64,000 nucleotides of DNA from Takakia lepidozioides (lineage: Eukaryota; Plantae; Bryophyta). A program made the translations under genes and the position numbers. Under the pieces are notes generated by a model. That model saw only the letters and a list, made by a program, of their open reading frames with translations, was not told the DNA's origin and did not search any database. The stretch is taken from assembly GCA_030704615.1 (NCBI GenBank), contig CM060733.1:63984001-64048000 (forward strand), written 5' to 3'. Positions 11,946 through 23,044 of this stretch are shown piece by piece (position 1 is the first letter of the stretch; each line of letters begins with the position of its first letter).

Positions 11946-12399
11946 TGGCTGAGCAACGTAGAGTGCGGAGTGCACTTCCCTTGACGGTCTCTCTGCCTAC
12001 CGAGACGGTACAGGCAGCGAGTGGGGGCGAGCCGGTGAGGACCACGAGGTGTAGACATCCATGGCACATGTGGGAGGTGCTCGAGGTTCAGAGGGAGTTG
12101 GCAGCGAAGGCAGCTGTGATGGATGAGGTTGGGGATTCTTCTCGGGATGAGAGGTCCTCAATGATGAGATGATGGGGCAGGATGAGGCCTTGTCATTGAC
12201 TGAGCAGGAAGGGGGTACTGTTCAAGAGGTTGCAGCATAGCAACCACGGGACGCGTCCTCTACCTCTAAGCCCACTGGACTTAAGGTTGCAGTTACGGAG
12301 GACAATTGGGAGCCTGATATTGGACCCATTGTCACCGGAGGAGAGAGACGACGTATACGGCGGTTCCTGAGGGCTTATAGGAATTGCTTTGCCTTCAGT

Positions 12400-13190
12400 T
12401 TGAAGGACTTGGGAGCACTGAAGGGTCAAGAGATCCGTATTGAGTTGGCCACTGACACGCCAATCTTTCGGAGACCCTATAGATACAGTGACATGGAGAG
12501 GTCTTTGATTCAGATGAGGACTCAAGATCTCTGGGAGGCAGGTTTGGTGGAGCTCTCTGGTGGAGAGTATGCTTCAGCCACAGTGATGCCAGCTAAGAAG
12601 GATGTCTATGGCAATTGGACGGAGAGACGTATGTGCGGTGATTACCGGCCTGTAAATCGTCAGACCAAGTCCGATAGGTATGCCATGCCAACACCAGAGG
12701 AGATCTTTGATGCCATTGGGCATTCCAAGGTCTTTAGCACGTTGGATTTACGATCCGGATATCACCAGTTGCCGATCAAGGAGGCGGATAAGCAAAAGAC
12801 GGCATTCTGGGGGATCAATGAGCACGGGAAGGATTGCCTATACCAGTGGCGGTTCTTACCATTTGGGCTTAAAAACGCTCCGCTGAGTTTCAAAGAGTCA
12901 TGGACAGGATTCTAGCAGGGGTGGAGTTTGCTCGGTGCTACATAGATGACATCATCATCTTTAGTGCTACGGTGGAGGAGCATGAGAGACACCTTCAGGG
13001 GGTATTTGAGCGCTTGAGGACGCAAGGATTGAAGTTACATCCGGGCAAGTGCAAGTTTTTCCACAACCAGATTGAGTATCTGGGTCACATGATATATCCT
13101 GGAGGATTGGGGGTACAACAGACTAAGGTAGAGTCCATTGCACAGGTTCCACGCCCCACGGATGTGAGCCGAGTTCGAGCTTTCATGGGT
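12400..13190 (+). CDS. Gypsy reverse transcriptase (frameshifted)
   Basis: RMCGDYRPVN, FSTLDLRSGYHQ, KTAF, LPFGLKNAP, CYIDDIIIFS, YLGHMI. Confidence 0.95.
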
Positions 13191-13261
13191 TAGCAAACTA
13201 TTACAGACGGTTTGTTAAGGGATTTAGTGCCATTGCAAAGGCTCTAACCAAGCTGACCAAG

Positions 13262-13740
13262 GTGGACCAGGAGTGGCAGTGGGAAGATGAGCAAGAACAA
13301 GCTTTTCAAGAGCTCAAGGCGAGGTTGACCTCGGCGCCCATCTTGAGACGACCTATCAGGGGGCGTCCTTTTCAGCTGCATACAGATTGGAGCATGCTGG
13401 GGCTTGGAGCGGTGCTCACACAGGTGGATGATGAGGGAAGAGAGTTCGTAGTGGCTTATGCTAGCCGCTCGAACAATGCTGCAGAGTCTAAGTATAGCTC
13501 ATATGAGGGAGAATGCTTAGCTGCAGTGTGGGCCGTGGCACACTTCAGGTGCTATCTATACGGCAATCTCTTCACCCTTGTCACGGATCACCAACCACTC
13601 AAGTGGTTGATGGAGTCAGACAAGCTTACGGGGAAGCTTGCACGGTGGGCACTCATCCTTCAAGAGTATGACTTTCAGGTGGTGCATCGACCGGGTTTGG
13701 TCAATCGAAATGCAGATGGGTTGAGTCGCAATCCATGCAC
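13262..13740 (+). CDS. RNase H domain
   Basis: FQLHTDWS..GLGAVL, VAYASR, ECLAAVW, TDHQPLKW, NADGLSR. Confidence 0.93.
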
Positions 13741-14099
13741 GAGCCAGCAGGATGACACTGGAGCTCGGTGGCATGGTGAGACGGACGAGGAGATGGTGCC
13801 CGGATGGCATGCATCTGCATTTCTGTGTATCTTGGCAGCGGAAGGCCAGGTTGGACCTACAACAGGGATGACTGTAGATCAAGTGTCTGAGGACCCTGAG
13901 GCCAGCAATGAGCAGGGTGGCGCCAAAGATATACATGAGGATTCAGTTGTGTTGGACTACCTCCGCAGTGGAGACACGACAGCCACTATGACTGCCAAGG
14001 AGAGGGATCGGATCCTACAACGAGCCAAGAGGTTCAGGTGGGAGGGGACACACCTGCTTCGAGTGTGGGAGGATGGTCGAGTGAGGATTGTGCCTCACC

Positions 14100-15200
14100 C
14101 AACACAGCGGGCACGGTTAGTGCGGCATGCCCATGAGGAGTTGGGGCATTTTGGGGTGCGACGCACTCATAGTCTACTGCAAGGGCAGTATTGGTGGCGT
14201 GGTATGCACACAGAGGTGCAACAATTTGTGGCTAGGTGCATGGTGTGTGACAGGGTGCGTGCTTCATTCAACGCCCCTACTCCACAATTGCACCCTCTTC
14301 CGATCATGGGATTGGGCTACAGGTGGAGTCTTGACTTCGCAGGGCCGTTGCCACTGACCATGCGCCACAACAAGTACGTGTTGGTGATGGTGGAGCACTT
14401 CTCCAAGTGGATTGAATTGGTTCCATTGCCTGATAAGGCTAGTGAGGGAGCTGCGTATGCATTCCTGGATTGTGTGCTTAGCCGATTCGGTGCTCCAGCT
14501 GAGGTACTCACGGACCAAGGGAGAGAGTTCTTGGGGGAGTTTCAGGCTTTGTGTGACAAGGCCTTGATAGACCACCGCACCACTTCCGGGATCATCCTGA
14601 AGCCGATGGCTTGGCAGAGAGAGTTGTTCAGACAGTAAAGAGGGGTTTGCGCAAGTATGGCTTGCAGAAGGGACACCTAGGGATTGGGACCTTCAATTAT
14701 CCTGGTTAGCCATGGGCTACAGGTTCAGCAAGCAAGCATCACTTGCCTCCTTCTCACCATACTTTCTTCTCTTTGGCCGAGAGCCGGATTTGCCTACATC
14801 CATTCGCAGAGAAGCTGCTACAGTTCTTAACCTTGACGATCCGGACGTGTGGGCACGTGCATGTGAGCAGCGTGCAGAGTTGTTCAAGAGAGTCATGCCC
14901 ATGGCTTTCGAGAACCTTGCCATTGCACAACACCGTGATACGTTGAGGTATGCTACCATACGTGGTGGGGGCTATCGTCCTGGGGTTCGGAGATTCAACC
15001 CTGGTGACTATGTCTATCTGCAGCAGACTGCTCCTACGACCCTGGATGTGACTGCAGGACGTGTTATTTTGAGGGTTCGAGAGGTCTTGCCCTCAGGCGT
15101 CTTGGTCTTGGAGGGTCGGGATGGCATAACTTGGAAGGACCATGTGCGTAATTGTGCGCCATGTCACCTTCCGAATGTCGATGGCAGGATTGACCCAAAC
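14100..15200 (+). CDS. DDE integrase (HHCC zinc finger + catalytic core; two 1-bp frameshifts)
   Basis: HEELGHFG..CMVC; WSLDFAGPLP; VEHFSKW; LTDQGREF; SPYFLLFGR; the frame is confirmed by the sister copy at 24860-25678. Confidence 0.95.
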
Positions 15201-15227
15201 CTGGCAGTGGTATCTGCAGGTTTGAGG

Positions 15228-15371
15228 TGCATGTTGTGTGGGTCTGCTAAAGGGGCAGCCACCATGCTGGTGTGCGATCAATGCTCTAGAGGTTGGCATA
15301 TGGGATGCTTGACTCCACCTCTTGAGATGGTTCCGGATGGGGATTGGTTATGTCCACATTGCATTGGATAG
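15228..15371 (+). CDS. PHD finger at the integrase C-terminus
   Basis: CMLC..MLVCDQCSRGWHMGCLTPPLEMVPDGDWLCPHC is a complete C4HC3 pattern. Confidence 0.95.
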   Translation, partial: CMLCGSAKGAATMLVCDQCSRGWHMGCLTPPLEMVPDGDWLCPHCIG

Positions 15372-15620
15372 TGGGAGTGGATACAACCATGGAAGGCTAA
15401 CAAGAAACGCAAGGCCCAGCTACTAGGAGACCTTGAACACACGAGGTCCTGGCTCAAGTTCACAGATTGCAAGATGACGACTAACGATGGGGCTACTCTT
15501 GTACCCGGCCTCTTGGTCTATAGAGTTTGAGTACAATAGGGACAGTGATAGAGGACTTAGTACGGCTGTGGCTATTACATCTTGTAGCTATCTGGAGGTA
15601 GAGGGACCTATCCACCAGCT

Positions 15621-15629
15621 AGGGGGGCG
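15621..15629 (+). promoter_or_regulatory. Polypurine tract
   Basis: AGGGGGGCG immediately before AT-TGTGG, the start of repeat B1. Confidence 0.75.
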
Positions 15630-15716
15630 ATTGTGGCAGACTACTTTATTGTGCATATATGTGTGGTGTGGTTTGGACAGCGATGTAGTTGTGTAGCGAT
15701 ATGTATGCGCACGACA
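15630..15716 (+). repeat. Terminal repeat B1 (87 bp)
   Basis: Identical by eye to 16079-16165. Confidence 0.97.
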
Positions 15717-15718
15717 GC

Positions 15719-16077
15719 TGTCAAGTTAAATAAGCACAGTGTGAAAACAGCTAGAATAAAACTAGTTATTTGTAGTTAACACTTGGATTTAGGTCAAGTG
15801 TTAAATCAGGTGTCAAGTTTAGTTTGACACCTGGTCCGTCTTATCTTCACGAGAGCGGCAGTCGCGCGGCTCATCTTTCTCGAGTTGAGCCTGCGCGACC
15901 GAGCTCCTGTGTGCGTTTAGATCTGAGTTTACTCATGATGGGAGTGTAGGTTGTTGTGGGGTGGAGTCCCCATAGCTTGGGGTGCCCCTGGCTCGACTAT
16001 TGTTTTAAAGAGTGATGATTTTGGATTTCACATTGTTTCTTGTGTGGAGAGCAGTGTCATTTGTTAGCTTTCTTATC
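15719..16077 (+). repeat. Terminal repeat A2 (359 bp)
   Basis: Copy of 4360-4718; separated from B1 by GC. Confidence 0.97.
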
Positions 16078-16078
16078 T

Positions 16079-16165
16079 ATTGTGGCAGACTACTTTATTG
16101 TGCATATATGTGTGGTGTGGTTTGGACAGCGATGTAGTTGTGTAGCGATATGTATGCGCACGACA
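16079..16165 (+). repeat. Terminal repeat B2 (87 bp), right end of the element
   Basis: Copy of B1; ends GACA and is followed by the TSD TTGT. Confidence 0.97.
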
Positions 16166-16169
16166 TTGT

Positions 16170-18322
16170 AGAGTTTCGACGGCAGGGTTGAAGTTGCTGC
16201 TTTCCTCTTGAGTCGAGGTGTTTGCTGATTCCTCCTGAGAATCCAAGGAATTGCTTGGGGATCCGAATAGCTTGTTCCTGTTGATGTGCTCCCTGGTTCT
16301 TTGCATTTCCATTCTGTAATTGTCGTGGTCAACCTCGGAATCCAGGTGAGCTTCAAGCAGCTGAAATCCACTGACCAATGTGTCCTGATTACGGATTTGC
16401 AATTTATGGCTTCCTCCCGGAGCAGACAAACCATTCTTGGTAAGTCGAAATTGCCTCTATTGGTGGCGGTGCAGAGTAGATTTCTGTATCCTCTACAAGG
16501 GCAAGAATATGGGTTGAAGGCTTGACACTTAGCCCTGGGTGTTCCTCCAAATATGCTCCCCACGAGATTTTTGTAAATGGTGATAGCGAATAGTGGGGCT
16601 ACGACTTGTGGAAGAATTCCTGAATTTTGTATTTGAACAAAATCTGGGAGGGTTTGATTGTAGGAAATGTTTGATGTATGCAGTAGTAATCCAAAGTAAT
16701 TCCACACATTCGAAATCATCTGATGTGATTAGAATAGCTGGGGGTATACTTTTCCGGAATATGAGAGGAGTGACGCAGGAAGCCTTTGGTGTTTCAACCA
16801 TCTCCAATGCTGAGCAACCCTTGAGATCCAGGTGAGGGAATGAGCAGGTTTGGAGACTAGCGTTGGCAAAGGTGGAGTTGCATGCGATGCCGGTGGTAAT
16901 TTTAGGAAAGGAGTTGCTGGTTGGAAGTGTCAATCTGACTGATCTCAGCTGCTGTCCATCCTGTACCTTTGCCTTCCCTTTTGAGGTAGCCACCAGTTGT
17001 TGTTGTGCATTCTGCTTTGCCTTCCCCTTGGAAATTATACCCTCCGTTTGATGATGAGCCAATAATTCTGCCTGCATAGGATCCCTGCTGCTGTCTCCTT
17101 TGGTAGTATTATGTTTCTGAGTTGCCGAGGATCGTTGGGAACCTTTTGAAGGGCCTGGGCAGCTTGAGCGTTTGGTGGAAGCATGGAGCCTACGGTGGGG
17201 TTGCTCATTTCCTGCCTTTGATTCGCAGCCGCTGTTGAGGGTACCCCCTGTGCTGCCGCTGAAGGTTGAGGGGCACAAAAGGCTGATGTCTCTTGCGTTT
17301 GGCTGTGGGGCAGTCGATTTTAAAGTGGCCAAGTTGGCCACAGTTGAAGCAGGCTGCATAGGCAGTGTCTTCTATGAACTGAATCGTGAAATAATTACCA
17401 TCCTCATCTATTGGCAATTTCACAAATTGCAGCAGAACATCCTCATCTGGCATCATCAACACAAACTTGGCACATCTTGTCCATGGAGGCGTGATGCAAT
17501 AGTCACTGATCTCCATGCTGGGTCCTGCCTTAAGATTTGTGTACACATTTGGGGATCAAATACTGCCAAACACCCAAGGTATGATCCAAAATGATTCGCA
17601 ATGTCCGCCAGGTTGACCAGATATTGATCTCGGATGTAAGGAACAGAGACAATGCGTGGGCCCCAAAGTTTACCATTCCTGTTTCCCATCTTGGATGACC
17701 AAGGGAATATGTTAACATTGTATCCCTTTGTGTGAGGGTTGAAAAGCAAGGCCTGGTTTGCTGCTTCTTGGGTTTCAAAAAGGATTGAAAAGAAACCTCG
17801 ACCCTTTTCATGGCAAAACTATTGACGCAGTTCTGCAGGGCCGCCAAGATGTTTGATGGCCCAGTCTCTAACAATAGCTCTATCCACTTTTGTCCCTGGA
17901 AAGTGAATGAGGATGCCAGACTCCTCCATGGTTGTAACTCTTTTTTGTAAATCTGGGATGTTCATATTGATCATTGGGTAGTCCCTGTCCAAATCATCTT
18001 GATTGAGAATGTTTTCTTCCACCCATTCGGCTGGTGGAGTTTCCGAAATGGGTGGGTTTGAGCAGTTTGGAACAGTTTGAGGTGAATCCACCTTGGGGAA
18101 TTTAAGGAAGGGTTGGGGAGGAGAGAGGATTGAAGTGGAAAGGAGGGGGGGGGGGGGGGGGGGTCTTACAGACCCGTTGGTCGTAGCAATCCTGGAACGC
18201 TCTTGATGTGCGAGGTAGAAGCCTGTCCCAGATGAGAGGTTGGCTCTTCTCTGTCCATTTTGGAAACCCCGTCGAGCCTCCATTGATTCCCTGCTGCGAA
18301 ACTGGTTGTTCCCAGGAGCCAT
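16170..18322 (-). pseudogene. L1-like LINE ORF1, 5' portion, frameshifted
   Basis: Chain of minus-strand ORFs; zinc knuckle ACFNCGQLGHFKIDCP (~17300-17355); lies upstream of, and co-oriented with, ORF2 at 1255-3761. Confidence 0.8.
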
Positions 18323-18749
18323 TGCAATAATCAAACTAGGAAGAATACCGTAGCACTGGAAAAAAACCACTGATGAAATGGGGTCCAAAGAACTAATGCG
18401 AGGAATAGGGAAGAAAAGCTGGGAAGGTCTCTGAGAAGGCGACCTCCTTCCAGATTAGGGATGATGCATGTAACTGTGCGAGCGATGAAAGGACGAGGGT
18501 TGACAAGATTTACAGCTGAAGGAACTATTTGTGGAAAAAAATAATGAAAAAACTTAAACAGCATGTCAATGGAAATCTGTGCATGGGGGGAGATGCATAA
18601 TGTGATCTACAGTGGCCACGGGGCTGAGCAGGGCCTAAAACAAGCTCCAAAAAGGACGAGATGACCGTTGGGTGTCGTCTCGCAGCTCCGCCATCGGCCC
18701 GCTCCCCCTCAAAAATAATTCTTATTAAAAAAAACTGAAAAATTGGGAA

Positions 18750-18970
18750 GCCGGAAGTCTGTGCCGACTTCTCATATAATATAATATTTAAAAGTCTGTG
18801 CCGACTCAAAATATAATATAAAACTGAAAATTAGGAAGCCGGAAGTCTGTGTCGACTTCTCAAATAATAATAATAATTCGGAAAATAGGCAGCCCCAAGT
18901 CTGTGCGGACTTCTCCAAAAAAAAAAAAAACGGAAAGTAGGCAACCGGAAGTCTGTGTCGACTTCTCAAA
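18750..18970. repeat. Five copies of a quasi-palindromic motif AAGTC-TGTGYC-GACTTC (TE subterminal-type repeats)
   Basis: Copies near 18754, 18792, 18842, 18897 and 18948, with A-rich spacers. Confidence 0.75.
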
Positions 18971-19229
18971 AAAAAGGTACCGACGCCCAAAAATATGGGG
19001 AATTCCCGAACCTAGCTTTGCATCCGAACCTAACCTGATTGTTCTATGATGAGGGAAAATCGTGCACTTGTAAAACTGAAAAACAGGTTCGGATGGTCGA
19101 AAACCTTGAAATATTTGTAGAAATATGTGAAAAATATTCTGTTTTGGGGTTCTGCTCATGCTTTTTGGTGCTCACTGCTCATAGAAAAACAACCCCCCTG
19201 CAAATAAAGGAATTCAACTGGTAACAGAG

Positions 19230-19800
19230 ACAGGTGAATTTTCGTTACCATACGGGCATGAGCTCCAGCAATCCCGCTGCGGCCACAATGTGATAGCTTC
19301 CCCATGCGTGCCCGTGCGTCCTTCATCGCGCTGGACTTAGCATTGCCACCGAGGGACCCCCAGTACTCAACGAGGGATTCCCAGACACGGGGTTCAATAG
19401 CCAGGGGCCGTTCTCCTATTTTCTCCTAAATATCCTTTAATCTTCTGCGTTCGCCTTTCATTATCTTCCCTATCTGTTTCAGAACGTACTCCACCTTGAC
19501 GGGGATTAGAGTGTACTCGTATGCGCAGTCGATGCTGTCCAAAACAGTCGTCATAGCTGACTTGTCTTGTTGGTTGATGTGTTGCACACTCGTACCTCAA
19601 CGCCAATGACCGCAAATCCCGCTGCCAATGGTCTTTGTCGGCGCAGCCTGCATCGATTTGCCCGTTGTCCAGTACCTCCACCTTGTGCATTTTCATCCCA
19701 TCCGCCACCCTGGCAGCTCCTTCTCCTTCCCACGCCCGTTGAATTTGACGGCGTTCCTTTCTGAGCTGCAAAGCACGGTTGGTGGTGTCGTACATTTCAG
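19230..19800 (-). pseudogene. CACTA (En/Spm) TnpA/Ptta-like transposase fragment
   Basis: VWESLVEYWGSLGGNAKSSAMKDARARMGSYH resembles the Transposase_24 pattern W..LV.YW....KS..K..R....H. Confidence 0.6.
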
Positions 19801-20339
19801 GCTCCTTTGCCTTTCCTGCAGGGGGGGATGACCACGTTCCGCTGGGGGGAGGGGCGTATGAAGGAGTGCGAGGCGGCGCCTACTGGGTTGTGCCCTCGTC
19901 TGCAGCCTCGAGCCACTGCCATTGACCTCGACGAGGTGGTGGAGCCCATGGTGCAGTTTGCGAGGACCACCCGCCAGCAGGGGGTTGCCAGGGCTGTGGA
20001 TTGTACGGTGGTGCCTGTGTGCAACTGGCTGGAAACCCCTGTGTGTACGATGGGGGGGCTGTTGGGTAGGCGGTCGAGTCTCCCAAGGTGGCAACCCAGG
20101 TGCCGCAGTTCGGTCTGCAATGGCTGGCGCTCCCGGAGCCTGCCTCTGCGAGCACGCCCAACAAAAGAGGTCCTTCAGTGCTGCAAACCCAAAAAAACCC
20201 TACAAACCCTACAGACTGTTGCTGCAAACAATACCCTACAAAGCCTACAAACTCATGCGGTCCAAAAAACCCTGCAAACAAACCAATCTTGCCCTGACAA
20301 AGCATTTACATTCCCTGCAGTGACAAACAAAACAAGGAA

Positions 20340-22223
20340 GAAAGTGGGTAAAGCGTTCACGTCATCCATCTTCCCTTGTGGAGACCTGTCAATATTCTTG
20401 CCCATATCAACAAGAAAATCCCACAAACTTTCTTTTCCTTCAAAATCCCCCCTCCTATGTGCATCAACAATATCACGACAAAATTTGAGAACATCTCCTC
20501 TTTCAATTGCCTCAATCCCAGACTCCTTCAAACTCCTACATCGCACAGACAAGGATGCCACTTTGGTCCTGGCCTCCCACAATTTGAACCTCAACTGCCT
20601 CAACTCTTGTCTGTTTTTGTAAACTTGTTTGACAATCTCCGCATTTGCAAGATATGACAACTTTATTCCCTTGCCAGTATCTCTCTCCCCTCTACATTCC
20701 ATGGCACCTCTTTCTCTATATACCCTCATTTTGAAGTCATTTTCCAAGGGAATGGAAGAACATGCTGAACATCTCAAGTTTGGAAATGGCTCCCCATCCA
20801 ATGACACTCTAAAACAATCCGCGTGCCGAAACGTACCAACAACCTTATGCTCTTGATTGTTTAGAGTGATGGTTGCATTTGTCAACGACTCGACATACCA
20901 CTTCTTTCCTCCCTTGCTATCTTGAAGGAATGGTTTCAGACTTATTCTCTGCTAGTTGTACTCCCACCATTCATCCCATAGGCCCCAACACAAACTGTCT
21001 CTTCTTTTGTTGCATTGGGACCTTTGCTGTAGTTGTCAATCCTCGCTCGTTTGTGACAAGGATGCTCCCATTGTTGATGCCACAATTGGATTGTCAAGTG
21101 GTGGGGACGGCAACACAGGTTGACTGACCAAGAAAGAGCTTAGATCCCGTTGCTTTACATCTTTGGCAATCATAGGCTTTGGAGGCCTTCCTCTCTTTTT
21201 GCAAGGTCCTTCACTACTTTCAACCTTCTGGCAAATCTCTGCATCGACATGAGTTTTTCCTTTCACATGCTCTGTCAAAGAAGATTGCAAAGAACCTGTC
21301 CTTGGAAACAAGAGTAGCCACTTCGAATCAAGTGGGCACCTAATCCTTATGGAACCCAACTGCGAATAGTCTCCAATTGTGGCTTCCACAATCTCAAATC
21401 TGTTTCCAGGATTGTCCTCACAAAACCGAGCGACTTCCTCTAATGCCTCCTTCACCTTGTTCTTCTTTGTGTCTAATGCTTCATCTGCATTTACAGGGCT
21501 GATGACACATTGTGATGAACCCTTTCCATGACGCCTCTCATAGGCTATGCGATGCCCCTCACTCCTCAAATGAGATCTCATAAAGTTTTCACATGCATCA
21601 TATGGTTTGTTTTTCCCAGACCGTGCATAAACATCCTCACACTCAACACACCATATGTGGAACATTGCTTGTCCTTGTTGATCCTTTGTCATCAGCTCAA
21701 ACTTGTCACATCGTCCTTCTACAGAGATTTTCCTTTCAACGGCTCTAATATCTTTCTGCCATTTTTGAATATCGTTGGATGTAGCCAACGTGCTGCACAA
21801 TCTACCAGATCTCTGCTGAAGTGCATGCTCATGTGCATGGTCTTCATTTCCACCATCGCCAGCAAAGGGTGTATCAGGGTCCATCCTCATCTTGGTAGAC
21901 ACTGGTGCCGGGTCCTCGCCTGGTCTGTCCTCATGCAAGATCGTAGAACCACTGGAAGATAGAGGTCTTTTCAATCCTTGGTCCCCATCGTTTTGGTCTG
22001 AAATCTTAATGTGTACAGTATCCCCTTTCAGAACCATCCTCTCTTCTTGCTTGGCTGAAAGGACACTACCCCCCATAGAAAAGAAATGAAATTTTGCTGA
22101 GACAAGCTCATCACCTATAATTTCTGCTCGGATGCATTTGTATGTGACACCTTGCATAGTGAACACAGAACCAAGCCTGTTTGGTGATGCATCTCCTCCA
22201 ACGAGCAGGACTTTTACTTCCAA
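20340..22223 (-). pseudogene. Zinc-finger/AT-hook protein, probably the N-terminus of a DNA transposase; two in-frame stops, truncated
   Basis: ORFs 21036-22223 and 20253-20885 share a frame; WCVEC..HLRSEGH and RCPLD..HVKGKTH C2H2-like motifs; KKRGRPPK; RCSACSS; splice-acceptor-like site near 22240. Confidence 0.55.
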
Positions 22224-23044
22224 CTCTTCATGAGTTCACCTGCAAAATGCAATGAAAACATTTCAAATCAGACCTTGATAGACCAATAACCAAGCACCCG
22301 GGTTGGAAGGTTCCAAAGTCCTGTTTTATACAACCCTATAGGCTGTCCAAGCAGGGACTACGTTGATAAGAGGATGAAATGTATACAGAAGCAAGTACCT
22401 GATTGATGAGTTTGACGTTGCTAATTCTTGCTGCTACTATTGACCAAATGTTGCTACTTCCACTGCTGGTAGCCCTCTTGGGTGATCCTGAACCCACAGT
22501 CCATCCTTGCATCAGCGGCTACCCCTCCCTCCACACTAACATATTTAAATACAAAGTTCTGTCAAACTCCCTACGATGTTGCATGAAGAAAGCTCACCTT
22601 GTTGACAATATTGTCCCACCGTTGTGGATCATATTTATAGAACTCCTGCCAGCGCTGTTCCTTGCTCCAAATCTGGCCCTCTTGGATGATTTTGCACCCA
22701 TGATCCTCTCCCTGCATCAACAGCTACCCCTCCCTGTCATGCTGCCACCTCGGCCCTAAACTTGCAAAGTCACTCCAACGCACCGCAAATCCACCCAACG
22801 AGCTAACTTACAGAATTCAATACATATGCTTCAGGGCTAAGGAGGATGAGAGGAAAAACAGGCTGAAACAGGTCAAACCAGAAGGTGCCCTCAGGCTGAA
22901 ATGTGTTGAAGAAGGTACCTTCATCAGCAATGCCTTGCTCTATCAATTGCGCTGTTGCCGCTGCAGTTTCCAGTTGACCATCCACCCACATTGTCCCACC
23001 ATTGACTGGGGGCAGAAAAGTGTCAGATTCCAAAGCTTCTCTTC

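Larger units (their letters stand above)
4360..16165 (+). mobile_element. Ty3/Gypsy retrotransposon with DNA methyltransferase and PHD finger, split terminal repeats A-int-B-A-B, 4-bp TSD TTGT
   Basis: Ends TGTC...GACA; TTGT at 4356-4359 and 16166-16169; domain order gag-PR-DNMT-RT-RH-IN-PHD; flanking LINE ORF1 is restored when the element is removed. Confidence 0.95.

Noticed and set aside
4360-16165. DIRS/Ngaro tyrosine-recombinase element, suggested by the split repeats
   Set aside because: No YR motifs were recognised; it has a protease, a DDE integrase, TG..CA ends and a TSD.
18750-18970. CRISPR-like array
   Set aside because: Repeats are variable, spacers are low-complexity and similar to each other, there are no cas genes, and the context is eukaryotic.
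19807-20622. 271-aa plus-strand ORF
   Set aside because: Antisense shadow spanning two minus-strand TE-derived fragments.
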